The notes under the pieces are model-generated. The model worked only from the letters and a program-made list of their open reading frames with translations. It made no database searches and was not told where the DNA came from. DNA of 50,517 nucleotides from Patescibacteria group bacterium UBA3458 (GTDB lineage: Bacteria; Patescibacteriota; Minisyncoccia; Phycocordibacterales; UBA2100), in the NCBI GenBank assembly GCA_002378745.1, contig DFRR01000003.1, positions 1-50,517 on the forward strand. The letters run 5' to 3'. Shown in pieces: positions 28,126 to 36,800 of this stretch. A program made the translations under genes and the position numbers. The stretch's first letter is position 1; each line of letters starts with the position of its first letter.

Positions 28126-29329
28126 GAATAGGTACTATGTACCCATTACCTGTACGGTGTGTTTTAAGGTGTAGTTTTCTGCGGAGTATTTGCCCGATAG
28201 CCTTGCTGTGTATCCCTAAGCCGCAGTGGTGTGCAATTTCGTGCACAGTTGGTTTGTCTTTCTTTTTCTGAAGCTCTAGGAGCGCTGAAAGCACTACGTA
28301 TTCATCAGTTTCCTTGAATGTTTCAATTACTCGTCGATGGTGAGAGAAAGCTGCATTTACAAGGAAAGACTGTTCTTGCATCGTAGGGGCGATATTCATA
28401 AGCGGGAAGAACACCTGCCGTATACGTGGATGCACATCTTCACTTATTGCTAATCGACTCTTGGAGAGCACTTCTTTTGTGAAGGAGAATCGGTAAGCAA
28501 GGAGCATATTTCTTAATTCCAACGCTTCTTTTTCGAAACAATCGGGAAGAGTTGTTGGGACTTCATTGCGCGCCCCTGTTCCCACTACAACTTCAGATAA
28601 GCAACGACTCTCCAGTGCGTCATCTTGAAAACGCTCTCGAGTCGCAAGTAGCTTTGGTCCGTAGACCCAGAATGATTTCGGGTTAAATATGCCGTTCTTG
28701 CCATCTACACGCATAACAGGGAATCGTCTAGAATATCCCTGGTTAAGTATTTGAGCGATAGGGGTAGTCATATCAGAGAAGGCATAGTTCGCTTCATCAA
28801 GCACCATTGTGCCTCTCACTTGATCAACAATACGGAGAATGGATGCTGAAGTTGTTGAACCTCCTGCAAATGTTGCTTTGTAGCAAATTGACCCCACGAC
28901 TTCTAAGAAGCGTGTCTTTCCGCTTCCTGGATTTCCCAAAACACGAAGGTATGGGACTTCACTAAAGAAGTCATACACCCACGTAAGAAGGACATAATGC
29001 GCGACTATATTCTCGTATTCAGGAGACACTGCCACATACCTGTGTATATACTCCTGAACTCGCTTAAGGAGTGCCGAATCACTCTCATAGTTGCCAACCT
29101 CGCTTGGGAGGAGAATGACCCGATCCTCAAGGAGTTTGTTATGACCGCTTATGGGTTTGTAGACCATATCGTCGATCGGAAGGGATTTCTTTGTGTCCAT
29201 TTTGCCCTCTCGTTTTACACAGAAGAAGCTCTGACAATCCTTTTTGTTGTAGACAGACTCCGCTATCACGTTTCCGTGTTTGATGGATAGTATTTCCACT
29301 ACCTTCTTCTTATTTTTATCGGTGTTCAT
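28040..29329 (-). CDS. P-loop NTPase, DUF3631-like (mobile-element replication/primase-associated type)
   Basis: Has Walker A 'GNPGSGKT' and Walker B 'MVLDEA'. The segment 'ILNQGYSRRFPVMRVDG...FWVYGPKLLATRE...ALESRC' is recalled as the DUF3631 pattern found in integrative elements. The C-terminus is wHTH-like. Confidence 0.55.
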   Translation of the reverse strand: MNTDKNKKKVVEILSIKHGNVIAESVYNKKDCQSFFCVKREGKMDTKKSLPIDDMVYKPISGHNKLLEDRVILLPSEVGNYESDSALLKRVQEYIHRYVAVSPEYENIVAHYVLLTWVYDFFSEVPYLRVLGNPGSGKTRFLEVVGSICYKATFAGGSTTSASILRIVDQVRGTMVLDEANYAFSDMTTPIAQILNQGYSRRFPVMRVDGKNGIFNPKSFWVYGPKLLATRERFQDDALESRCLSEVVVGTGARNEVPTTLPDCFEKEALELRNMLLAYRFSFTKEVLSKSRLAISEDVHPRIRQVFFPLMNIAPTMQEQSFLVNAAFSHHRRVIETFKETDEYVVLSALLELQKKKDKPTVHEIAHHCGLGIHSKAIGQILRRKLHLKTHRTGNGYIVPILGNENALKEAQRRFEIKNEQNEGSELTK

Positions 29330-29342
29330 GTCGTTTTTTGTT

Positions 29343-29588
29343 TTAGAAATCTTCGTACTCTGTTGGGAGTTTTGAGAAAGAGTTTTGCACGTTCATAAGC
29401 ATTTTAGGCTCGACCTTTGTTTTACCTTCGAAGTATGCAATGACGTTATCTTCAATCTCTTTACTTGCTCCAAAAGAGAAATATGGGTTTAGTTTATTTC
29501 CTCTTCCGTACATCACTTTTGGGTACTCTTCCATAATGATGTATAGAGTCGCTGCAAGCGTGATGTCGTTCGTTATGTAATTTTTCAT
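29343..29588 (-). CDS. Small hypothetical protein, paralogue of 29741-29968
   Basis: 81 aa. It shares the N-terminal 'D(I/F)(T/A)LAATL' motif with its neighbour and resembles small phage/plasmid proteins. Confidence 0.45.
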   Translation of the reverse strand: MKNYITNDITLAATLYIIMEEYPKVMYGRGNKLNPYFSFGASKEIEDNVIAYFEGKTKVEPKMLMNVQNSFSKLPTEYEDF

Positions 29589-29739
29589 AGTTGTGTAAGT
29601 TATTTAGATTGTTGGTAGCTGCGACGAAGCGAATCAACTCGGCACTCTCGGTGAGTGCTTGTGCTTTTGTTATCTCCTTTCCGTAATGCCGTTTGTACAG
29701 CTCTTGGAAGGTAGTTAAGAGTTGATCCGAAAGTTGCAT
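29494..29739 (-). CDS. Small helical hypothetical protein
   Basis: 81 aa, 'LLTTFQELYKRHYGKEITKAQALTESAELIRFV'. The 3' end overlaps the next gene by about 95 nt, so the C-terminal extent is doubtful. Confidence 0.35.
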   Translation of the reverse strand: MQLSDQLLTTFQELYKRHYGKEITKAQALTESAELIRFVAATNNLNNLHNYEKLHNERHHACSDSIHHYGRVPKSDVRKRK

Positions 29740-29740
29740 A

Positions 29741-29968
29741 CTATCCAGCGTGAATAATCGATTTTAGAAACTTCTGGGAATACAGAAATTTCTGTGGGCT
29801 GATACAGATTTCGTCTCTGTAGTAAGCGGGCACCACTCGTTCTACGTCCTCGGTTTTTTCAAAACGAAAAACAAACTTGTTACCAAGCTTTCGTTCGTGT
29901 TCAAGATATTTAGCTCCTAGGGCGTGGAGAGTAGCAGCGAGGGCGAAGTCTTCAGTTTCGTAGATCAT
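29741..29968 (-). CDS. Small hypothetical protein, paralogue of 29343-29588
   Basis: 75 aa, 'MIYETEDFALAATLHALGAKYL'. It is the first gene of the leftward small-gene string. Confidence 0.45.
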   Translation of the reverse strand: MIYETEDFALAATLHALGAKYLEHERKLGNKFVFRFEKTEDVERVVPAYYRDEICISPQKFLYSQKFLKSIIHAG

Positions 29969-30079
29969 ATTCTGTTTATGTAATGCTCATAAATTTTTAT
30001 CGACCAATAACCAAACAGTAAGAAAAAGAAAAAGCTGAAAAAATGACGAAAGCATATTTTTGACACACTAAAAATCCCT

Positions 30080-30104
30080 GCTGGTGCAGGGTTTTATGAG
30101 TTTT
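30080..30104 (-). terminator. Bidirectional hairpin terminator downstream of the 238-aa gene
   Basis: 'aaaaatccctgc tggt gcagggtttt' has a 6-bp GC-rich stem flanked by an A-run and a T-run. Confidence 0.6.
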
Positions 30105-30121
30105 CCACTTTTTAAGCTTTC

Positions 30122-30838
30122 TTAAGTTTTGTTTTTGCGTTGAACGTATGCTTTCTCACTGATCGAGTCTATCTGTATGGCGGGGCATAGCTCGCTTCCT
30201 TCTTGTCGAACTATTGTAGATATGGGCAAACGGGTCTGTGTGTACAGACGATTATTTTTGTTGGAGTTGAGGTAGTCTAGTACTTTCTTTTGGTACAGGG
30301 CATAACCTTTTGTTGCAATCTCGTATAGAGAACTCCAAGTAGGCTTAGCTCGGTCACCCATTATTGGATTTTGGTAATCATCATTAACAACCATCAAAAA
30401 CTTATTTCCGCCGTCTTTTGGTTTTATGCAGGTGATTTTGTATATGGAGTTGTCCGACTTTAGGCTCGGTTTCTTAGGAATTACTTTCTCAACCGATCGA
30501 AGATACGCCAGCCGTTCAGTGGCTGCTGTGCGTATGTTCTTGAGGAGTTGTTGTGACTCTTTGCTCTCTATGTATGAATATTCAAGTCCGCCTTTAAGAA
30601 AGGGAACGTTATCTGCTTCGAGAAAATATAAAGCACCTTTTTCGTTGTTGATCGATAAAAAGAAATCCCTAACCGCCTCCTTCCATAGATGATAGTCACG
30701 AAAAGTGTCGTGCATTTTTTCGACAGGATTGTCCGCATATAAAATATCGCCCTCGTGGGCGCTGTGTGTGATGAGAATTCCTTTGCGAACTAACTCGTCG
30801 AAAGTATCTCTTATAGCCGCCTGGTTCTTAATACTCAT
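30122..30838 (-). CDS. Hypothetical protein (238 aa), island-encoded
   Basis: A long ORF with normal amino-acid composition, an own terminator and a divergent promoter region. No motif was recognised. Confidence 0.5.
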   Translation of the reverse strand: MSIKNQAAIRDTFDELVRKGILITHSAHEGDILYADNPVEKMHDTFRDYHLWKEAVRDFFLSINNEKGALYFLEADNVPFLKGGLEYSYIESKESQQLLKNIRTAATERLAYLRSVEKVIPKKPSLKSDNSIYKITCIKPKDGGNKFLMVVNDDYQNPIMGDRAKPTWSSLYEIATKGYALYQKKVLDYLNSNKNNRLYTQTRLPISTIVRQEGSELCPAIQIDSISEKAYVQRKNKT

Positions 30839-30843
30839 ATTTA

Positions 30844-30852
30844 TGGTATAAT
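30844..30852 (+). promoter_or_regulatory. Extended -10 promoter element (TGGTATAAT) facing the 31043 gene
   Basis: A perfect TGnTATAAT lies about 190 nt upstream of the ATG at 31043. On the other strand it overlaps a TATGAT-type box 8-12 nt upstream of the divergent 30838 start. Confidence 0.4.
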
Positions 30853-31042
30853 CATACTACAACTGAATAAGAAATGACCTAACCCTTCGGCTTTTGCTGG
30901 AGATATGGTCGAAAATCGTAGACCACAGAAAACCCATCATTAGGGCGTGGTCTACGTTATAGGGGGAAACTCCTATAGGAGCTTCGGCTCTCCTAGTGGT
31001 GGGCTTTTTGTACCCACCCGCTTAGTAGCTTTCTGAATCAAT

Positions 31043-31990
31043 ATGAAAACTAATCGGGGCTTTATTTCAATATTTGCAGCAGTACTTATTGTCCTTGGTG
31101 TTACTGCGGTTGCAGGAGGAGGGTATGTCGCGACCCAATATGCGTTACGGGATAATACGCATCAGCAACCCATTGCTGAAGAAGAGAGAATTGCAACTTC
31201 AAGCACTCACACACAAACGAGTGTGCCCCAGGAAGAACAGAAGGACACAGAAAAACCACCCCTTAATCTCGACGACTACAAAATAGAAAGTGAACAGACA
31301 GAGCCCTCACATCCAGAGGACTTGGCAGACTCTATGCTCGCCGATATTGAGCGCCTCACATATGTCGATACTCTCGAACAAGACATCGTCGATTTCAGGA
31401 GGCTATTAAATGCGATTTCTAAGAACGAAGCACTCTACATAAAGTTTGCACAAGATGCAGGTAATGATAGAGCTGACGCACTTGATAGTTTGACTTCACT
31501 AACGACGAACGCGGAACTCAAACAGCTTATCTCAAGCTCTGCTACAGATTTTCGTGGGCACGCAACAAATGCGGCAGATGAACTTAGTGAACCTTATGAA
31601 CTTGTAGCAAGCGAAGTCAAAAAGTATCTTGCAGCAACAGAAGCAGCGAAACGTGCAATCGAGCAAGGAGCACCTTACAATGACGCAGAAGGGGTTATTG
31701 CTGAGAATAAACAACAATTTGAACGGCTGGTTAGTTTGTTGGAGTCTGCAGATAGTGCGGTGCGCAATGTTGAGAACGCAAAAGCAGATATCTATTCAGA
31801 AACACTATCATCTATACGTGACATACTTGCAGTGCAGAGTGTATCGTTTAGTCTGAGTGCTCAGTTGGCGAATATCGAGCAAGAAGCGCTTGAGAATACC
31901 TTGCCGCAAACTGAAATACAGTGCTGGGCAACTACTGAATACAGTGGTGGGTTGAATGGCTCATCATACACGACGGTCAGATGTGAGTAG
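31043..31990 (+). CDS. Membrane-anchored / secreted coiled-coil protein, function unknown
   Basis: 315 aa with an N-terminal hydrophobic anchor 'GFISIFAAVLIVLGVTAVAGGG', followed by an acidic, Ala/Glu-rich helical region. Confidence 0.5.
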   Translation: MKTNRGFISIFAAVLIVLGVTAVAGGGYVATQYALRDNTHQQPIAEEERIATSSTHTQTSVPQEEQKDTEKPPLNLDDYKIESEQTEPSHPEDLADSMLADIERLTYVDTLEQDIVDFRRLLNAISKNEALYIKFAQDAGNDRADALDSLTSLTTNAELKQLISSSATDFRGHATNAADELSEPYELVASEVKKYLAATEAAKRAIEQGAPYNDAEGVIAENKQQFERLVSLLESADSAVRNVENAKADIYSETLSSIRDILAVQSVSFSLSAQLANIEQEALENTLPQTEIQCWATTEYSGGLNGSSYTTVRCE

Positions 31991-31992
31991 AT

Positions 31993-32292
31993 ATGAAAAT
32001 ACAAATTCCAAAAGAATACGAAGAACACTTCCGAGATGACGTTGTGTATGTGACAAGATGGAAATCGCCGAGCTTACTTTTGATGAACGAAGCAGAGCAC
32101 GATAGTTTCCAGAAAATTCTTGAAGGCTCTCGGGTGGATTGTAAAGATGGGATGCTACGCTTCATTCGGGCTGGAATTCTTGATCTCAAAATTGAGGATG
32201 GGGCTATAGATATCCCCAATGGTGTGGGTAGCTTCCTACAAGGTGAAAACAGGGCATTTCATAGGGGAAAAGCAGGAATTGCGCTCTCCTAG
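31993..32292 (+). CDS. Small hypothetical protein (weak MraZ/AbrB-like two-repeat impression)
   Basis: 99 aa, starting 2 nt after the previous stop. It contains 'KIQIPKEY' and a second 'AIDIPNGV' repeat. The assignment is speculative. Confidence 0.35.
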   Translation: MKIQIPKEYEEHFRDDVVYVTRWKSPSLLLMNEAEHDSFQKILEGSRVDCKDGMLRFIRAGILDLKIEDGAIDIPNGVGSFLQGENRAFHRGKAGIALS

Positions 32293-32316
32293 GGATAGGT
32301 TTGATTTGAATTGGGG

Positions 32317-32372
32317 TTGACATATTCAAACTTAGCGTATAAACTCTGAATATACCTTTTGGTATTCAGAAT
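32317..32372 (+). promoter_or_regulatory. Candidate promoter plus an inverted repeat upstream of the Fic / R-M array
   Basis: TTGACA (32317-32322) and TATAAA (32338-32343) are separated by a short 15-nt spacer. An imperfect inverted repeat 'tctgaata(ta)cc tttt ggtattcaga' (32345-32370) abuts the ATG at 32373. Confidence 0.35.
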
Positions 32373-33515
32373 ATGGCTAAGAAAAAGCAGTGGAAATCTG
32401 GCACATATCGCCAGCAATATGAATACAAGAGCTTTCTCCCCGAGAAGGTGAATGTTCCATTTGAGTGGGAGGATCCTCGCATTGACCTTCTCTTGAGTGA
32501 TGCAATGCGCTACCTGGGCGAGCTTAATGCTTATTCCACACTCGTGCCTGATGTCGACTTCTTCATCCAGATGCACATCTCAAAAGAAGCAACTGTCTCA
32601 AGTCGCATTGAGGGTACGGAGACTAACCTTGATGAGGCGCTTTTGTCTGAAGATGAAATTGACCCAGAAGATCGTGATGACTGGGGTGAGGTGCAGAACT
32701 ATATCAAGGCAATCAACTTTTCAGTTGAGAAACTTTCCGAACTGCCATTGTCTACACGCCTGGTGAAGGACACACACAAAGTGCTCCTCTCTGGGGTGCG
32801 TGGATACAGCAAGTTGCCAGGAGAGATTCGTACAAGCCAAAACTGGATTGGAGGGTCTTCACTTACGGATGCGGCTTTCATTCCACCGCACCACACTGAT
32901 GTTGCTGACCTTCTCGATGATCTGCAGAAGTTTTGGCACAACAAGCAGCTTCAAGTACCCGAATTGGTACGGATTGCTTTGACCCACTATCAGTTTGAGA
33001 CAATCCACCCGTTCCTTGATGGAAACGGGCGTATTGGACGTTTGCTCATCACGTTGCAACTTATCGACCTCGGCATCCTTCAGAAGCCAACGCTCTACAT
33101 CTCTGACTTCTTTGAGCGCAATCGATCGAAATACTACGACTCTCTTTCACGAGTACGCGAGAGTAATGACATTGAGCACTGGGTTCGCTTTTTCTTGCAG
33201 GGCGTCGTTGAGACTGCAAAGAAAGGGAAAGAAACATTCGAGAAGATCATTGCCCTTCGTGCAAAGTATGAGCAGATCATTGAGGAGCGAATGGGAGTGA
33301 AGCGGCAGAAGCTCGCAAAACAGCTTCTACTCAAACTCTTCTCCAAACCCGTCGTAACGGTGAATGACATCGCTGAGATGCTCAACGTGACCTTCCAGAC
33401 GGCAAACACACTCGCCAAAGAGTTTGAAGACGCGGGGCTCTTTGAGGAGAAAACAGGCTTTTCTAAGAACCGCATCTTTTATTTGCGAGAGTACCTAAAA
33501 CTCTTTAACCACTAA
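32373..33515 (+). CDS. Fic/DOC-family protein (AMPylase type) with an N-terminal inhibitory helix and a C-terminal wHTH
   Basis: The Fic motif is '[12 protein letters not shown]' and the inhibitory motif (S/T)xxxE(G/N) appears as 'SSRIEG'. At 380 aa it fits the Fic_N + Fic + HTH architecture. Confidence 0.9.
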   Translation: MAKKKQWKSGTYRQQYEYKSFLPEKVNVPFEWEDPRIDLLLSDAMRYLGELNAYSTLVPDVDFFIQMHISKEATVSSRIEGTETNLDEALLSEDEIDPEDRDDWGEVQNYIKAINFSVEKLSELPLSTRLVKDTHKVLLSGVRGYSKLPGEIRTSQNWIGGSSLTDAAFIPPHHTDVADLLDDLQKFWHNKQLQVPELVRIALTHYQFETIHPFLDGNGRIGRLLITLQLIDLGILQKPTLYISDFFERNRSKYYDSLSRVRESNDIEHWVRFFLQGVVETAKKGKETFEKIIALRAKYEQIIEERMGVKRQKLAKQLLLKLFSKPVVTVNDIAEMLNVTFQTANTLAKEFEDAGLFEEKTGFSKNRIFYLREYLKLFNH

Positions 33516-33519
33516 ACGT

Positions 33520-35505
33520 ATGAACGACTTCAGCAAAAAAGCAGCCCTTATATGGAACATCGCGGACATTCTCCGTGGTGGCTGGAAGCAGCACGAATAT
33601 CAGGATGTAATCCTGCCGCTTTTAGTGTTGAAGCGTTTGGACGCTATTCTCTCTGATTCGAAAGAGAAGGTGCTTGATAAGTACAACGAATACAAAGGGA
33701 AAGTAGATGTCGATCCGATCTTGAAGAAAACGTCAGGTGTTGGCTTCTACAATGTATCACCGTACGACTTCAAAAAGCTCACTGAAGATCACACGCATAT
33801 CGTTAAGAACTTCCACAACTACCTCAACGGCTACAGCGATAACATTCGTGACATCTTCGACAAATTCAACTTCGATAAGCAGCTCGAGCGTCTTGAGGGT
33901 GGCAATATGCTCTACCTCATCATCCAAGAGTTCAACAAGGTAGACCTTCACCCAGACAGTGTTGATAACCATCAAATGGGACTTATCTTCGAGGAATTGC
34001 TCCGAAAATTCTCAGAAATGTCCAATGAGACTGCGGGAGAGCACTACACGCCCCGTGATGTGATTCGGCTTATGGTCGAGGTTCTCTTCACTCCTGATGA
34101 GAAGCTACTCAAGAAGCCGCACGTGATTAAAACAGTGTACGATCCTGCGTGTGGTACAGGCGGGATGCTCACTATCGCTAAGGATTACATCCTCAACGAG
34201 ATCAACAAAGACGCATCAGTGTATCTGCACGGACAAGAACTCAACTCGGTCACATACGCTATTGCGAAGTCCGATATGCTTATCAAGGGTGAGGATCCAG
34301 AGTTGATTCGTGGTGGAGAAAAAAATCACACTAAAGCAAGCACGCTCTCAAATGACCAGTTCTTTGGGGAGAGCTTTGATTACGGGCTTTCAAATCCACC
34401 ATATGGCGTTGATTGGAAAAAAGATAAGGATGCAGTTGAGAAAGAAGCGACCCGTGGATTTGCGGGGCGGTTTGGTGCAGGCACGCCTCGTATCTCAGAC
34501 GGACAGCTTCTTTTCCTCCAACACTTGGTTTCTAAAATGCGACCCACAAAAGACGGTGGATCTCGTGTTGGTATTGTCCACAACGGCTCACCGCTCTTTA
34601 CAGGTGATGCTGGAAGCGGAGAAAGTGAAATTCGTCGTTGGCTTCTTGAGAAGGATTATCTCGAGGCAATCATCGCACTCCCAGATCAGCTTTTCTACAA
34701 CACAGGCATCAACACATACCTGTGGTTTGTGAGTAACCGCAAATCACCTGAACGCCAGGGCAAAGTGCAGCTTATTGATGGACGTGAGTTCTATGGGAAG
34801 CTACGTAAAACGCTTGGCGCAAAGCGTAAAGAAGTAGATGAGGAAGGACGTAAGCAGATTATGAAGCTCTACACCGACTTCAAGGAAAATGAGCATTCTA
34901 AAATATTCGACACTACGGACTTTGCATATCGCCAAGTTACGATTGAGCGTCCCTTGCGGCTCAACTTCCAGGTATCACCAGAGCGCAGTGAGCTTGTAAA
35001 AGAAGAGAAAGTGTTCCAACGCCAAAAGCCAACAATCCAAGAAGAAATTCTTGGGGCACTATCTAATTTTCCAGACAAAAAGCTGTTTACTGACCGAGAG
35101 AAGTTCCTAAAGGTTTTCAATTCGCATATGAAGGAGCTAAAACTTGGCGCCCCATTGAAGAAAGCAATCCTCAACGGTTTGTCTGAGCAGGATGAAAATG
35201 CAGAGATTTGTCGTGACAGCAAGGGTAATCCAGAACCAGACGGCAACTTGCGAGACCAAGAAAACGTACCGTGGGGCGTAAGTGTCGAAGAGTACTTCAA
35301 AAAAGAGGTACAGCCATACGTTGAGGATGCGTGGCTCAATGAAGAGGTGCGAGATCATAAGGACAACCAGGTTGGGAAGGTTGGCTACGAGATTCCGTTC
35401 ACACGATACTTCTACACGTATGAACCACCACGTGATCTTGAGGAAATCGAAAAGGATATTGAAGGTGTGGAGAATGAACTCCTCACGCTTTTGAAGCAAC
35501 TATAA
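33520..35505 (+). CDS. hsdM: Type I restriction-modification methyltransferase subunit HsdM
   Basis: The N-terminal HsdM_N region is 'IWNIADILRG', the AdoMet motif is 'DPACGTGGML' and the catalytic motif is 'NPPYG'. Confidence 0.95.
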   Translation: MNDFSKKAALIWNIADILRGGWKQHEYQDVILPLLVLKRLDAILSDSKEKVLDKYNEYKGKVDVDPILKKTSGVGFYNVSPYDFKKLTEDHTHIVKNFHNYLNGYSDNIRDIFDKFNFDKQLERLEGGNMLYLIIQEFNKVDLHPDSVDNHQMGLIFEELLRKFSEMSNETAGEHYTPRDVIRLMVEVLFTPDEKLLKKPHVIKTVYDPACGTGGMLTIAKDYILNEINKDASVYLHGQELNSVTYAIAKSDMLIKGEDPELIRGGEKNHTKASTLSNDQFFGESFDYGLSNPPYGVDWKKDKDAVEKEATRGFAGRFGAGTPRISDGQLLFLQHLVSKMRPTKDGGSRVGIVHNGSPLFTGDAGSGESEIRRWLLEKDYLEAIIALPDQLFYNTGINTYLWFVSNRKSPERQGKVQLIDGREFYGKLRKTLGAKRKEVDEEGRKQIMKLYTDFKENEHSKIFDTTDFAYRQVTIERPLRLNFQVSPERSELVKEEKVFQRQKPTIQEEILGALSNFPDKKLFTDREKFLKVFNSHMKELKLGAPLKKAILNGLSEQDENAEICRDSKGNPEPDGNLRDQENVPWGVSVEEYFKKEVQPYVEDAWLNEEVRDHKDNQVGKVGYEIPFTRYFYTYEPPRDLEEIEKDIEGVENELLTLLKQL

Positions 35506-35507
35506 CT

Positions 35508-36800
35508 ATGTCGAAATTAACGCTTACAAAAAAATACGGTGTGTATCCAAATTACAAGGACTCTGAAATTGATTGGATTGGACTCACTCCTACTGACTGG
35601 CAAGCACTGCCTCTTCGAGCGGCTCTCGTGGAGAGAAAAGAAAAAAATAGATCTCTAGTTTCTGACAATATCCTTTCCGTAATGAAGGACGTTGGAGTAA
35701 TCCGTTATGCTGACAAAGGAGATATTGGAAATAAAAGTTCTACTCGTCCTGAGAACTACAAGATAGTTCACCCTGGCGACATTGTTATCAATAGTATGAA
35801 CCTTGTGATCGGTTCAGTAGGTCAATCGCGGGAATTTGGTGTAACGAGTTCCGTGTATATCATCTACGCGCCTAGGACTGAGGACATAAACGCAACATAC
35901 TACTCATATATTTTCCGAAACAGAAGTTTCCAAAAACATATGGCTCGCTTCGGTAAGGGAATAATGGAACTTCGAGAATCAATAAAACCAATTGATCTAA
36001 AAAATCAGATCTTGCCTATCCCACCCAAAGATACGCAGGATAAAATTGTAGAATTTTTGGACGAAAAAACGGCGACAATCGACCGCATTATTGAGAAAAA
36101 GCAGCGGCAGATTGAGTTGCTCAAAGAAAAGCGAGCGGCAGTAATCAATCACACTGTTACAAAAGGTCTCGATCCAAAAGCGAAACTCGTCGACTCTGGT
36201 GTGGAGTGGATGGGAGAGATTCCTTCAGATTGGGATAAAGAAAAACTGAAGTTTGTTGCGCCACTTCGTAACACTAAGGCTAATAAAGAAAAGGTTGATC
36301 TGCCGTATGTAGGTCTTGAACACATTGAAAGTGCAACTGGTCGGCTATTGAAGAGTGAAGAAAAGGCGGAGCCTGAGAGCGTTGTGAATCTGTTTGAGAA
36401 AGGCGATGTCCTCTTTTCAAAGCTACGCCCAAATTTAGCTAAGGTATTACTCCCTGAATTTGATGGTATGTCTACAGGAGAGCTGCTTGCACTAACCCCA
36501 AATACAACGAAGATAATTCCATCATATCTTTTCTACAAACTGATCAGTAGAGATTTTATTAACAAGGTTTGTGACTCTGTTTATGGAGCAAAAATGCCGC
36601 GAGCAAACTGGAATTTGATTGGCAGTCTATACATTACATACCCATCAATTTCTGAGCAGAAAAAAATAGTAGACCATATAAACAAAAAGGTTGAAAAAAT
36701 TGATGCCGCATTGGAGTTAATTCAAGATTCCATAAAAACATTGCAGGAATTCAAATCATCGCTGATTTCACACGCTGTAACTGGAAAAATAAAAGTATGA
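35508..36800 (+). CDS. hsdS: Type I R-M specificity subunit HsdS (two target-recognition domains)
   Basis: 430 aa. The central and C-terminal conserved helices are 'IIEKKQRQIELLKEKRAAVINHTVTKG' and 'IKTLQEFKSSLISHAVTGKI'. It lies between hsdM and hsdR. Confidence 0.9.
   Translation: MSKLTLTKKYGVYPNYKDSEIDWIGLTPTDWQALPLRAALVERKEKNRSLVSDNILSVMKDVGVIRYADKGDIGNKSSTRPENYKIVHPGDIVINSMNLVIGSVGQSREFGVTSSVYIIYAPRTEDINATYYSYIFRNRSFQKHMARFGKGIMELRESIKPIDLKNQILPIPPKDTQDKIVEFLDEKTATIDRIIEKKQRQIELLKEKRAAVINHTVTKGLDPKAKLVDSGVEWMGEIPSDWDKEKLKFVAPLRNTKANKEKVDLPYVGLEHIESATGRLLKSEEKAEPESVVNLFEKGDVLFSKLRPNLAKVLLPEFDGMSTGELLALTPNTTKIIPSYLFYKLISRDFINKVCDSVYGAKMPRANWNLIGSLYITYPSISEQKKIVDHINKKVEKIDAALELIQDSIKTLQEFKSSLISHAVTGKIKV

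Noticed and set aside
31043-31120. Possible prepilin signal 'KTNRG|FISIF' in the island-encoded 315-aa protein.
   Set aside because: It lacks the conserved Glu at +5 and the LIE core, so it is treated as an ordinary membrane anchor or signal.
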